Below are positions 39,374 through 53,280 of a stretch of 64,000 nt of DNA, in pieces. Origin of the DNA: the human T2T-CHM13v2.0 reference genome, Homo sapiens. Position 1 is the stretch's first letter. The number at the start of each line of letters is the position of its first letter. The stretch lies in NCBI RefSeq assembly GCF_009914755.1, contig NC_060926.1. The stretch is one strand, 5' to 3'. The translations under genes and the position numbers were made by a program. The notes beneath the pieces are model-generated. The model worked only from the letters and a program-made list of their open reading frames with translations. It was not told the origin of the DNA and ran no database searches.

Positions 39374-40084
39374 TTATGATCATTATGATGAGTCTTATTG
39401 TCTACCATCACATAACAGTGCACGCCTCATTGGTAGAGGCTAAGTCTTCTTTATTCAGCATTGTTAATGGCAAGCATAGTAATTGACACATAGTGGAGCT
39501 AAATAATGTTTGGTAAATGAAAGAATGTTGTGATTTGCTGGAATCTCGATTTTCCCTATTGCTTATAGAAAAGCAGTTACTTTACAGTAGAAATAAAATC
39601 ATGTGATACTTACTATTACATTTGAAAAGATACTAATCTGAATCTGTGGTGTCTAATGGCTTCCCAGGAGAAGGGACGCAGGAGACCACAAAGAACAAGG
39701 TCCCAGAGATTGATCTGCCATGTCTGGCTCCACTTTACAGCTGGGGCTGACTCAAACACAGGGGAAACCAGGATGATGGTCTACTATGGCCTTTAAAGTT
39801 CACTTCTTACAAAACTACTTCCAAGAAAAAAGTTTCTATAGCCAATTTCAACTTTCCCAGACATTTTGCCAAATTGCTCTCCAAAATAGATTTAACCAAC
39901 CAACACTCCTGCCACATTGTTAGAGAATTTCCATTACTTGGCAATTTCTTTAGCATGTAAAATCCCCATAATTTTTTTTAAAGAAAAGTCAGGAAGGCAG
40001 AAATAAAATGCTATATTCCTTTCTCCTTCCCTCTGGGTGATTCACAATATTGAAGTCTTTGAATGGCCTAATTTCAAAGAGTAT

Positions 40085-40242
40085 AAGAAGAATAGAAGAA
40101 AAAAGAAGAGAAGAAAGTAAAGGAAAAGAAGGGGAGGAAGGGAGGGAGGAAGGAAAGAATAAAAGAAGGAACGGAGGGAGGGAGGGGAGAGGAGGAAGGA
40201 TGAAGGAATAAGCAAGCAAAGCACAGGAGGAAAATAAAAGAA
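40085..40242. repeat. Polypurine (GA-rich) low-complexity tract
   Basis: AGAAGAAAAAAGAAGAGAAG...GGAGGAAGGGAGGGAGGAAGG. Confidence 0.9.
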
Positions 40243-41273
40243 AATCTATTAACCTTGCTTAACCTAGTGTTTTCCAACTTTATTTGACCATGAAATCATT
40301 TTCCCCCCTTACATGATCTATTATAATTCTATGGATTTATATGGGGTTCCAAGGAATACACTGGGAAATTCTATATCACATCAACGTTCTTCCTCACCCC
40401 CCTCACTCGCATTTGTTCTAAAAAAAAATAGTAGAATATATCAATTGTATTTTAAGGAGTGTTTATAGCTTTTGGTCAATTAGCTCAAATTCTCACAACA
40501 GTGTGTTAAATTTTCCCATAACAACTGCTCAGTTAAATATTAAGTATTGATCGGTTTACATTAAAGTGTGAAACACATAATTTACATTAAGTTGTAAAAC
40601 ATATTCATTAATGTTTCTGCGTGCCCCATTTGTTCTACGTCTAGGCTGTTTTGGAGGTTAATTGTTTAATTAAAACCTTCTGTACTGACCATGGGTGTAC
40701 CTCCAAAAAATGTTTGCTTAGCCTGGAAGAGCCGACCTTGGCAGCCCTGGCTTCGCTTCTCTCACTCTTCAAACTGCACAGCCTCTCCATGCCTCCATTC
40801 CTTCAGTGGTAAGATGAGAGTGTTGAACCAGATAATCTCTAAGGCCCACTCAGCATCAACATTTATATTTCAAAATCCTTGCCATGGCAAACCATTACTC
40901 CTCTCTATGATCTAAATATTAGACTTGTAAAATGTGAACAGATCTAATTTACTAAAAGCCTCTAATCAAGACCAAAACCTTTTACTTAAACAATTAGAAA
41001 ACAATTAGCTGGGGGAATAAAAACAATTTTAATTTGCTAAATGGTCTTCCTCTCTCCTAATAGATGTGGACAAGACCCTAACTAATGCTTCTGACCACAC
41101 GGAAACCACACGGGCCTCACTGAGTCTGTGGGTAAAGGCGTGGGTTGGCTCGATTTTCTATTAGGGAAGTGAAAGGCGCTCACATTAACCTCAGCCTTTT
41201 GCAGTGATTCACGTTTAAACATTTACCTGATGTTTGCAATGTGTTGCGCTTCCTACTCATTGATCTATCCTGA

Positions 41274-41731
<458 letters not shown>

Positions 41732-42305
41732 ACAAAAGCCCTTTTTAATTAACAAAATGTAAGAGCATCTGGCCCCAAATTCTGGCTAGAAAATATCTTT
41801 ATTTGACATGATGCCCAAAAGGATCAATAAACAAACCTTCCATTTTCACCATTACTCAATAGCAGTGTATTGAGTTCACTTAATATATTGCTCTGATTTA
41901 ATAGAACATTTAAAAAAAATTTTATAACACAAAAATGGAGCAATCTTCATTTCAGAAGTGATTTCATGCCAGTTCCTTTCATTTTTTGGTCCCCTTTCCT
42001 TATCTTCTTTGACATGCACATATTTTAATCCTGAGCAAGTTATTTCATCCCTCTGGGTCTTGCTTTTCTACTTATAAAGCAAAACAAAGATTTGAGCCAT
42101 CTCAATTTTAGAAGCTCTTTTCATTTGCCTTCCTTTATCCTCTCAAAATACACATATTTTCATCTTGGGCAATTTACTCACCTCTCCAGGTCTCAGCTTT
42201 CTCTTTTGTGAAATGAGAAGGCTGAATTCTCTGAGCATCCTTCTAGCTTTATGTAATAGAGCATGCTGGAGTGATTTCGCATGCAGGTGTCAGCAGCTGG
42301 GGGCA

Positions 42306-42700
42306 TGTAGTAGTCTGCTAGGGCTGCCATAACAAAATACCACAGACTGGATGGCTTAAACAACAGAAATTTATTTTCTCACTGTTCTGGAAGCTGTCAG
42401 TCCAAACTCAAGGTATTGCCAAGGTTGGTGTTTTTGTGAGGCCTCTCTCCTTGGCTTGCAGACAGCCACCTTCTTGCGGTGTCCTCACACTGTCATCCTT
42501 TAGTCTACCAGGATGTGTGTCCTAATCTCTTCTTTTTATAAGGATACCAGTCAGAGCAGATGAGGGCCCACCCTAATGTCCTCATTTGACTTTACTTGCC
42601 TCTGTAAAGACTCTATCTCCAAATTCAGCCACAGTATGGAGCACTGGAAGTTAGGCCTTCAATATATGATGAGTAGGGGTGGACAATTCTGCTCTTAATA
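42306..42700 (-). mobile_element. MLT1A/B-like solo LTR
   Basis: TGTAGTAGTCTGCTAGGGCTGCCATAACAAAATACCACAGACTGGATGGCTTAAACAACAGAAATTTATTTTCTCAC. Confidence 0.88.
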
Positions 42701-42849
42701 GAGCACATGCCAATTTTTCCTTTTTTCTCCCTTTTCTTCCCCCCACCCACCCCGTCTTTAACTTTTCTTAATTTCCTCCCTGTTTTTTCCTCTTACCTCC
42801 TTGTTTTTTCCTCTTACCTGGCCCACATCACAGATTCAGTCCAAAGAGG

Positions 42850-43085
42850 CTTAAGAGGATAGGCTCTGGATTCAGACCACCCAGATTTGAGGAGCAGCTC
42901 TGCAAATGATTAGGCAGGTGCCCTGGAGCAAATCTCTGAGGCTCTTAGAGCCAGTTTCCTCCTCCACAAAATGTGGATGATAATAGCAGTACCTATCTCA
43001 CCGAGTCGTTGGAGGGTTCAGTGACTTCCGTGAAGATCAGGTGAAGTGGTCAGAACACTGTCTGGCTCAATTAAATGTTGGCTTT
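42850..43085 (+). mobile_element. MIR SINE
   Basis: AGGCTCTGGATTCAGAC...CAGTTTCCTCCTCCACAAAATGTGGATGATAATAGCAGTACCTATCTCA. Confidence 0.7.
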
Positions 43086-46000
43086 TATCTTTCAGTTTGT
43101 CTGGACATGATTATTGGGCCATTGAGAAGCCAACTTGCATGAGTAGAAGCTCAGGAGAAATTCTGACTGAAGGAACCTGGGATGAGGCAGGAGGAAGACC
43201 CAGAGATGGGAAAGACAGCCAAATAGCCATGCCAGAATAGGCCCCATAGTCAGCCCAACAGAGGGCCGTACAGAGAAGGGCTGCAGCCAACAGTGAAATA
43301 TGGGGACACACACAGAGCTGCTCTGGGGCTACTTTGTGTAGCTACTCAGTGCTTTCATGCACCGAGCCCCAATGGGAACCCAGGAGAGCTTAGACACAGC
43401 AAGGATAGGAACATGGGGGTCCCCAGCAGGCAGTGCTATGGGAACGGACGTGAGCTGTCTCAGGGAGGACTCCAGCCCCAGAGGTGGTGCTGAGGAACTA
43501 GTTGAGAGTGGACGTCATCAGGTGGACAGAAGCTATACGGACCTGAGCCATGGGTGAGAGCAAGAGAGATGCTCCTTGAGACCCCCCTGACTTTAGAGAG
43601 GGGATTTTGCCCAGGGCTGAACTCCTGTGCCATACAGGTAAGGGAGCATGGGCCAGTGAAATCTGGGTGGTTAAATCCAGCGGCCTATGGATGTGCACAG
43701 ATCAATAAGGCCTGGGGAATCTCAGGTAGTGCACACGCATGTAGCAGTTGGGATAAGGAGTTTGCTGGTCCCTGAACTAGAAGCACATCAGCACATAACT
43801 GCAGCCAAACTAGAGCCTTCATCATGTGAAACACGGCAATCACCTTTCCTGAACCAAATATCAGACTACCTGATGGATGGCTGACGAAGCCAACTGAAGA
43901 ATGGGGCTTTGAAAGTGCAGCCAATGCAGCATGCTAACATTTCACCCTGAATCAGCGCAGGCAGTGACAGACCGTCTCAGTGGTCCCATGCAAGGAGAAC
44001 TCTCACTTCTGCGCTAGAGAAGAGCAGTTATGGATTCTCCTGCAGGCAGGCAAGTCTGAACATGGAGGGGCTGAGCTGAGCATACCTGGGTCCTTCTTTC
44101 AAATTTACCAACTGAGGCTCAAGAGAGGCCAAGAGTATTACTGGAATGAAACCATCTCCACTTAGAAACATGAAAGTGGGGGAGATGAGGAGTTCCCCCT
44201 ACCAAACCTCATCTAAGGTCACAAACTCCAATGCTTATGGAGTGCTTGTGTGGCTATGTGAAGCGCAGAAGAGTGTAAGAAGGTCAAGAACAGCAGTGGA
44301 CAGGCTTAGCTTAGGGTCTAAATCTGGGTTGGGGGCAGAGGTTGTGCTGTGGAAACGAGAACACTCCTGCTCCATCAGAGGTGCTGGCTGGGCTTCTGAA
44401 TTAAGATTATTTCTGAAACAGGAAATCTGATTGTAAACAATACAGAATTCAGCCTTAAACACCACGTGAACTCTACACAGCCCATCTGAGGACTACCATC
44501 TGTGGCCCAATCTTACAGGAACCATGTAAGGGCCTGAGAGTGGATGGATTTCATGGATAATGAGAAGCACCAAGGCCTTTGCTCCTACAGGTAAGAGCAG
44601 AGGAAAGAGAGGGAGATTTCCTTAGCAATAAACGAGGAGACATCCTCGAGCTTGGAGAGTCTGAGAGATTACTCTTGGGCCCTAACTGGGGAGATTATAG
44701 CCTTCGGTCCATAAATATAGGAGGATAAAAGGGTTCTCATCTAGGCAAGAGGGAGATCTTGCCAGAATCTGCCTCTTTCTCCAAGCTCACACCCTCTATT
44801 GTTGTCAGTCCATTCAAATGCGTAAACCCTGCAGCTAAGTGAGTCACTCAGGCTGGGAGGACTGTCCTTCCTTCCGTCCTTGCTTCACTCTTGCTCCCCT
44901 CCCATCACTAATTGTTTCCAGGGCTAGTGCTGGGGGCAGACACTGTCCAAAGGCCTGCTCTGTTCTTCCCAACCCCCTCTGGAATGGGCCTCACAGGCTG
45001 CCCTGTGTTGCTAATGTCCATTCATCTGGAACTAGCTGTTCACAGCCCCAGCTAAAAAGACCTTTCATCTACTCATTATCCCTCCACAGAAACCTCAAAC
45101 GGGAAGAGGCTTCAAAGACCAGGGCCAAGCTCGCTTTCCAGTCTGCATAGATAGTCCCCCAAGCACCAGCCCAGGGAGGAAGCAAAGGGAGCCCGGCCAT
45201 CCTCAGGTTCTGCTTCTGCCTGCGGAGCTGTCATCTGTTCATAGTAACACCCAGTCTGCTGCGCGCCTTCCTTTTTTGGATCCTTCCATAATTGTGTCTT
45301 TTAGAGAAACAAAAGCTTCAAAGGAGGGGTCTGAACACTCTCTAGCTCTGTATGAGAATCCCCTTGAAGAGCGTGAACTGAAATGTTCTGTCTTGGAGCT
45401 CCATTGGATTGAGTCTTGAAACCAAGAGGCCGCTGGTGCAACTCCTGGATTTCCCCATCGTATCCGCCTCTTCGTATGATTTCATTACTGATTAGAACCA
45501 TATTTCTAAGAGTAGATCTAACATGAGGTTCTGAACAGCAAGAAGAATGGCAAAGTGGCATTACCTCTTTCTGATCTTAGGGTCATGCTGAAGCCACTTG
45601 GTTCTTTTTTTTAACCTGCTTTTTAGATTGAGGTTGGGATACATTTTCATAGTTGATGGTTCTTTGAACATTTGTGGTTTATCCCCAAGTCCAGTTAGAA
45701 CCAAAGATTGAATATAAACCAGAATGTCTTTCTTCCTCCCCATCATCACCTTCTCTTTTTCTTCAGTGCAAGCTGCCCAAGTTGATTGGACATCATCCCT
45801 AGACAGAAACACATTCTTAGGCTGCCCTCTGCCAGACTAAGCATCAATAAAGAGTCATGAAGCTTCACGTGTGGGCTACAAGCTCTCCACTGAGTGACCC
45901 TCGGCCTGCTAGAATCCTAAGTGACCAATTTCAGATCTGTTAGGAGCCACGCTTTCTAGCATTGGTAATCAGACCTGAAGGTGACCAGTCACTAGAAGGA

Positions 46001-47437
46001 ATCTACCATCTGCCCCATGAGCCAACAGAGAACTGAACACATACTTTTGCTTTTTTTTTTTTTTTTGGTGTGCTTGTTCCTTTTCTGCCCTAAATTTGGC
46101 CCTTACAATTTCTGCTTGGGAAAACCCATTGAACTTGAACTGAAACATAGCTCTCCCCTGCCAAATAACAGGTTGCTATTTGCTTCTCACACAAGCTAAA
46201 ACCCCTCCAGTCCTAAGGGGATTCAGCACTGTCACTCTCTGCTCATAGCTTCAACCCAACATCCTTGTGTACTGTCACTGCCTCTTCTTTCATGCCAACT
46301 TGGAGGATCTGATGCAAAGCAGTTCTCGAGGCAAGAGTAAGAACTCAGCCCTTAAGAGTCACAGTTTGACAACTGGGCCCTTCCATGTGTACAGCCTTTT
46401 GAGGACTGAACTTTCTTGTCCCTACAAATGTTGAATATAGGTTAACTTGACAGCTGGCTACTGAGACCCAGGGGGTTTTACTGAATGTTTGGGACCTCAC
46501 ACCGACTTGGGATGACAGAGAGAGAAAGCTGCTCCAGCCTGTCTCATGCATTTCATGAGCTGGCATTCAGTTTTTTTCTGCTTCTCCATGGAGTGTCCAG
46601 GCCAGGTCCAAACCACCATCTGAGAAGTTTGGAGCCTAGACTTATGAATGAGCGGGCTAGAGTCCATACCCCTTAAACAGGTGTTGGTGTGCTGCTCAAA
46701 GATGGGTCTGGGGGATACTAAAATCACCAGATATATATGGCACAATGTTCTGGTAATTTTATTCAAGGATTTATTGTTTGGAAAAATAGTTGATTTTCCT
46801 TTCTTTCCTGGAGCCCCTGTTCTTTCCAGAGGTGAGATAAAGACACTCCACTAGGTAAAAACTGCTTCTCCCCTGTTCACACTGCACCATCTAACAAAAA
46901 GCCATTCTGACAGGACACTGTAGGAATCGTGGACTCCAGGACCCCTGGAGCCCTGTTGCAGAGTGCCCAAGGGTAGCCTGGAGCCAGGCATGCTGCCACC
47001 CAACATCTTCTGAGACCACCTCAGGAGGATCCACCATTTCTAGTTTCATGACCTTAAGAACAGCTCTTAACTGATAATAGTGTACTTCATGGTGCCGATA
47101 GAAGGATTGAATGACTAGTTACGAAGCGCTTAGAACCATGCCTAGCATACATGAAGTTCTATAAAACTATTTTGATGAGTAAATAAAACCTATTTCTCAA
47201 GATATTTTTAAATGTTTAGTCCCAGCAAACAGCCTTCTCTGACTTACTGCCCCAACCAGAATTCCCATAGCAATGATGATATGGCTATGTGATCAGTCAG
47301 GGTTTTCACTCCCTGTCACCATTGGCACCCCTCCTAATCCATGGTGCATGCAGAATTTGCATAATAACATGTGCTAATTATTCTAAACAAGGCCATCCAG
47401 ACTAGGAAGAGAAAGATGTGTCTGACTTATAGATGCC

Positions 47438-47835
47438 TGTGATAGGCCGAATAATGGCCCCCAAAGATGCCCTTGTCCTGACCTCCAAATTCTGTGAATA
47501 TGTTACCTTAACAGGCAAAAGGGATTTTTGCAGATGTGATCAAGTTATGAAATTGGAGATGGATGGACGCAGAAGGTCAGAAAGGAGAGAAAATGCCACA
47601 CTGCTGGCTTTGAAGGTGGAAGAAGGGACCATGAGTCAAAGAAAGCAGGCAGACTTTAGAAGCTGGTGAAGGCAAGGGAACAGATTATCCCTCTAAAGCC
47701 TCCAGAAGGAATGCAATTCTAACAACACCTTGCTTTTAGACTTCTGACATGCAGGACTGGAAGATAATACATTCATATTGATGAAAACTACTAAGTTTGT
47801 GCTAATTCACTATAGGAGCAACAGGAAACTAATAC
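47438..47835 (+). mobile_element. MLT1D-like LTR with an internal deletion
   Basis: TGTGATAGGCCGAATAATGGCCCCCAAAGATG...GCAACAGGAAACTAATAC. Confidence 0.85.
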
Positions 47836-48199
47836 GACACTTCATACAAAAGACTTTCTCTGATGGAACATGAAAAGCTCAGAGGCGTCGACTTCGCAGC
47901 AGGATGCCCAGAGAGAGCCATACCCCAGATGGAGAAAAGAAGCAAAGAAAGACTGTAATTTTTCAAAGAAATATTTAGTACCATCTTCTGGTCTTTTTCA
48001 TGATCAACTAGCAATGAGATCATTTGCCTCTGGTCACAGATTGTACCTGCATTTTCCAGTAAAAAATGTGTTCTTTAGAATATATCTAAGGAATACATTA
48101 GTTCCTTGAAAAGTTTCATTTTTGCTTTGTGCCAGGTCTTCCACTGTTTTTGTTGACTGTTATCTAAGTCTTTCATTTACATTTTTACAAGTTTACATA

Positions 48200-48460
48200 A
48201 TAGTACCAACAGCTAACATTTATGGAGAGCCTTCTGTGTATCAGGCACTGTCCAAAGTATTTACATGCATTCAGTCATTTAGTCCTTCACAATAATTCTT
48301 TAAAGTCTCTACTGCCATTATGCCCATTTTTTCAGATGAGAAAACTGAGGCTCTGAAAGGGTAAGTAACTTTCCCAAAGTGATACAGCTAGAAAGAGGAA
48401 GAGCCAGCCTTCAAACATAGGTGGTGTGGCTCCAGAGCCCATGAGCCTAAGCTACACTAT
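48200..48460 (-). mobile_element. MIR SINE
   Basis: CCCATTTTTTCAGATGAGAAAACTGAGGCTCTGAAAGGGTAAGTAACTTTCCCAAAG. Confidence 0.8.
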
Positions 48461-48861
48461 CTTGCTTCTCAAAACACTTAACTTCCTAAGGGCCAAGACT
48501 CAGTGTTATTCTTTCTTGTTTATCTCCCCTACTTCTGCTCCGCCATGCCTAGCACATTTATTGAGCACCTGTTATTATTAGTCCATGTGGTGGATACTTC
48601 CATGTACATTACTTCATGTAATCTACTACAACCTCAAGTGCCTTGTCCAATGTCGTACGAATACTGACAGGAGGAACCTCAAGCCTATGATCATTCCAAT
48701 CCACCATGCTGATTTCAGAAATAAAGGCACTGGAGTTGGAGCCAACAAGCCTGATTTAAGGCTTAGCTCTTTTACTTAATTCCTAGCTGTATGAATTGTG
48801 CCAATCTCTTCACCACGTGGGCCTGTTGTTTCGCCTCCAAAATGGAGATGATAAAACCCAG

Positions 48862-49254
48862 TGCTGTGGTTTGAATGTTTGTCCTTTCTAAGACTTATGT
48901 TGGTGTTTTATCTCCAATGTGGCATTACTAAGAGGTGGGGCATTTAAGAGGCTCTATTAATTCATTCATGGATTGATGGGTTAATGAATTAATGTGTTAT
49001 GGGAGTGAGACTGGTGGCTTTATAAGAAGAGAGAGAGAAATCTGAGCCAGCATGTTTAGTCCCCTTACCATGTGATGCCCTGTGCTGCCTTGGGACTCTA
49101 CAGAGAGTCCCCATCAGCAAAAGGCCCTTACCAGATGCAGCTCCTCATCCTTGAACTTCTCAGCCTCCATAACTGTTAGCAATAAGTTCCTCTTCCTTAT
49201 GAATTACCCGGTTTCAAGTATTCTATTATAAGCAACAGAAAACAGAATAAGACA
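48862..49254 (+). mobile_element. MST-family MaLR solo LTR
   Basis: TGCTGTGGTTTGAATGTTTGTCC...GAATTACCCGGTTTCAAGTATTCTATTATAAGCAACAGAAAACAGAATAAGACA. Confidence 0.85.
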
Positions 49255-49539
49255 CCTATCTTGTCGGGAGGGTTGTAATCTTCCTAGCTCCTGCTGGATG
49301 GGGCTGGTGGGACACCACAACCGGGAGGCAGAACTGGCCTCCCTCAAGGCAGTAGTGGGCGTCTGAGTCTGGCTGTTAGAGCAGAGCTGTGGGCAGTAGC
49401 TCCCTCCTTATGAAGCCGGGCTCTGGGCCTCCCGTCTTGCCTCTTCTGAGAGAAGTAACCATCCAGTTGGAGAGCCTGGAGGTTACTCCCTCACTGGGAG
49501 CAGCACTTTATCGCCTGCCCTGTCTCCACTTCCTCATTG

Positions 49540-49710
49540 TTTCTCAGGGCTGGCTGCATGTTCAAAATCACTTGGGGAGTCTAAAGGGAATATGAATGCC
49601 CAAATCCTGCCTCCAATTAGTGAAATCAGAATCTCTGGAGCCAAGTATGAGTATTTTTGTTAAAGCTCCTCCAGTTGTATTAATGGGCAGCCAGGCTTGG
49701 GAATGCCAAG
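49540..49710. mobile_element. MER5A-like relic
   Basis: GGCTGCATGTTCAAAATCACTTGGGGAG...AATCAGAATCTCTGG...AAAGCTCCTCCAG. Confidence 0.65.
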
Positions 49711-51230
49711 AGTAGCAGTTAAGAACTCTATCTTTGGAATCAATGAGACTCACATCTACTCACATCTATGACTCGCTACATAGTGATGGGCAAGTTACTC
49801 AAGTGTTCCTTGGCGACTAATCAGTAGAGCAGCATTTTCCAACCTTTTTCATGACATAGCACACAGAGAAAATAACAATATTTGTAGAGCATCCCAGAGT
49901 AAATAAATGAGGCGGGGAGACCTTCTCAGACACTTTGGCCATCTTGAGATCAGAGACGATCTGTATCTATGCACACTTGTGCCCCTTTCAAAACAAGCTG
50001 GTAGGGAGGCTTTACAGAGAGGAGCAAGTGGGGAGATTTTTATCAAGTCAACTCACCATAGGGTATTGGAGCTAAAAGGGACCTTAGTAAATGATACGTT
50101 CCAATCCCCTCATTTCACACTGAGGAGTAAACTGAGGCTAGAGAGGTGGGGTGATTCACTCAAAGACTGTGCTGGAGTGGTGTTAACAATTGCCCTTGGT
50201 CAAAATCAAATGCCAGGCCAGGGGGCCTTGTTACCTCCTGTTGATCAGAGGGCAGCCATAAAAGAACCCCCCCTCCCTTGTCAGGGGATCTCACTTACAT
50301 CATCCTGGATGACAGGTTGATTCATTGGCCCTACACTCTTGCAGCCCAGGAGGATGGCTGAGAGACAACCGTCTTGAAGTGCGGGTGCCTATGGGGAATG
50401 ACAGCGAGCAAGTTTGTTTGCTCTTTTTCTTTTTCTTTTCAATCTGGAAAGCTGCAATCAATGAGTATGTGCAGAATTAAAGCCAGATTATAGGAACAGA
50501 GGTAAAATCAGAGAGACTGACAAGTCGAGCACTCAGCATGCTGAAGTCATTTGTCTAGCTAGAGGATCGTTTTTCCCCTTGAGGTTTATTTAAGTTGTGG
50601 AATGGCTGAGGTTTTGGGGAGCTGTTTGGGTTCTGACACTGGAGCTGCTTTTGCACTGCTGATTTATAACAGACTCATGATGCTGGAAATGCTGGTTGCC
50701 CTGTTTGTATGCAGCCCAGAACCACCCACCCCCTCAACTCCACACCTCCATGCTGCATGGAGATGAAAATCCAGAATGTAAAATATGAAATCTGTTGGTG
50801 ACAAAGAAGGGCTAGGAAGCCACTGGTTACAAGGGTTTGAAAGCGGAAGCCGGGTGCATTCTTTCCAGTATGGCTGCAGACTGTCTTTGAACAGATGTCA
50901 CCCACTCCCCTGCCATTCTCTTTGCTTAGGGGAGGCGCAGGGTTCCAGAATGGGAGACAATAGGCATTAATATCCATTGGAATGACAGCTGTTTATGACT
51001 TGCTTTGCTCAGGACACGTGTCCCCTAAGCAGAATGATTAGCACTGCAGCAGAATACGATATTTGTGGGTAATCAAAAGCGAAAGGCAGATCATTTGGAC
51101 TAATGGGAAGCAAGGTCCACGCCAGCCTTTCTGGAAGTTCCTGCTAAGAATAAATAATAAAATGAGTTCATAGCAGTAGCCTCCCTCCCCCTCGTAACAT
51201 GGTGGATTTGTTTAGTGTATCCTGGGAAAA

Positions 51231-51415
51231 CTTACCTGCCTTGCCAGGGTGTTATGAGGATTAATTAATGTTTGTAAAGTGCTTGGAATTCCACTGAAGA
51301 AAGGTACCTTGTCGATGCAAATTATTATCATTATATAGTGCCTTTCATCCCAGAATCTCCTAGTGCTTCCCCAACAATTAATTAAGCCTCACTACACCCC
51401 TGCGAGGGGGGAAAG
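51231..51415. repeat. Inverted (tail-to-tail) pair of ancient CORE-SINE/MIR-like 3' ends
   Basis: Left arm CAGGGTGTTATGAGGATTAATTAATGTTTGTAAAGTGCTTGG aligns with the reverse complement of the right arm, CAGGGGTGTAGTGAGGCTTAATTAATTGTTGGGGAAGCACTAGG. Confidence 0.75.
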
Positions 51416-52319
51416 CATCATTCTGCCCACACTAATACGGCAGAGTTTCTGCACCTGAGTCACAGAGTCTAATGTTCAAGTCGCCCTCCAGGAGGGAGAA
51501 AGACTCCATTAGTGAGCATCCCTAAGTGCTTCATAATACATGAGTTGCTAACAATGCAAGGCAAAGCACTATACACCCATACCTATGACTATAAGGGCTT
51601 GTTTAATTTTGTTTGGTTCCTAATTGTCTGGGCTGCTTGTTTTATTTTTCTCCCTTCTTTGTAAAGCAATAAGGTGCTTGTCAGAGGAGAGCCCAGTTAG
51701 CAACTGTAATGAGTTACGGTGTTTTGAGACACCTTCTAATCCTATTCCTTAGCATCTATAACTCCAGAAACAGGTTGCACCCTTCCCCTCACCAAACAGC
51801 CCTCCCCCCGCAAAAGAAGTTAACTTACCTTTAGCAAAAATCATAAAGGATTTACTAACAGGATGGACAGTTAGATGCCGTGTTAGCAATCTGGAAGCTG
51901 CATCCTCGTCTAACATGTGAGCATCTTAAGTATGTATTGTAATTCTTTTTTCATTACAAGTGCAGTAATTCATAAACACAAATCTCTTGTATTGGCTGCT
52001 TTTAGAAGGAGTCTGAAAATCAAGTGAGCATGTGTAACATTGCAGGGGGACGGTATGTGCTGGAGAAATATCAGCCTGCACAGTCCTTACCAAAGGCATT
52101 TTGAAACAGAACATTTTGGCATTGGTTCTGGACAAGCTTTAAGACAGGAATTTCCCCACGAGGCCAAATTTCTAGTCATGAAAATTTGGGAAGAAAAATC
52201 ATGATTTCCAACTCTAATTATATCTCAGAGGTTGAGTCATCATGTGACCTCAGAAGCATTTCCTAAACTCACATAAAGCTTCCAATTTCTCTTGTGCACA
52301 TCTTGGAACTAGAAGACTC

Positions 52320-52530
52320 AGTTTCCCAGTTGGGTTGACCACTTACCAGTCATGTTACCCTGGACAAATCACTAACCTCTCTGAGGCCCAACGTCTTCAT
52401 CCATAAAATGGGAATAATGGTGGCTGCCCTAACCTAACCTATGTTTTATGTTGTATAGATGAAACGAGGGCATTTTTATGTGGGAGTGCTTTGTAAACCA
52501 TGAAAGCTATGTAAGTGTAAGTGACTGCTA
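52320..52530 (+). mobile_element. MIR SINE
   Basis: CACTTACCAGTCATGTTACCCTGGACAAATCACTAACCTCTCTGAG...CATCCATAAAATGGGAATAAT. Confidence 0.75.
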
Positions 52531-52729
52531 ATAGCAGGAGTCAAGTCATCTTAAGAACCCTGCAGTTATAGGAAGACAGACTTGTTCATAATCATAAATC
52601 ACACTGAGCAGTAACCACCTCTAAGGTGTGGTGTGCTTATTATCTATGCTAAGTAGCACTGATAGGGAAGTTAGAGAGTTCTAAGACTGAAAATCTTCAG
52701 CATTATCAGATGGATTATAGAACATGGTT

Positions 52730-53280
52730 TTGTTGGTCTAGCCTTTCCCCATCTTACCCTACCCTGCCACCACCACCTAGTCTCCTAATTCCACTGAGGA
52801 ATTATTTCCTAACACCATGTAGTCCTGGTTGGACTTTTATGTGTGGAGTCTCCTCCACACCCTCATATAGGGTGGGCAACCAGGTTGGCCAATCAGAATA
52901 TTCCATTCTCTGGCCTAAGGGATGGGCGTCAACTCAAGCATGGCCAATTGTGGGTATTTTCAATGATTGATGTACAAGTGTTGGGAGAAAGTCCACTGAA
53001 ATTGCTAAGCTGGGAGGATGTGAGTTGTCTGCTACTTGAACAAAGCCTGCTTGAGAGTGTCACCAAGCAAAGACAAGCTGAAGCAAGACAGAGATGATTA
53101 GTGAGGACACATGTGTATGATTGGGAAATGGTTTAATGCCTTCACATTACTTGTGTTCCTGAGTCAAACCGTGACTTGACTCCTGATTTCCCAAGTATAT
53201 GAGCCAATGAATTCCCATTTTATTTAAGCTAATTTGAGTTGAATATCTACTCCTTGCAATAGTAAAATGCTTACTGATAC
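52730..53280 (+). mobile_element. Old ERVL-class LTR relic
   Basis: GGCCAATCAGAATATTCC...GAGCCAATGAATTCCCATTTTATTTAAGCTAATTTGAGTTG...CTGATAC terminus. Confidence 0.5.

Noticed and set aside
42781-42819. 21-bp-period duplication of TGTTTTTTCCTCTTACCT
   Set aside because: Ordinary slippage in low-complexity pyrimidine sequence.
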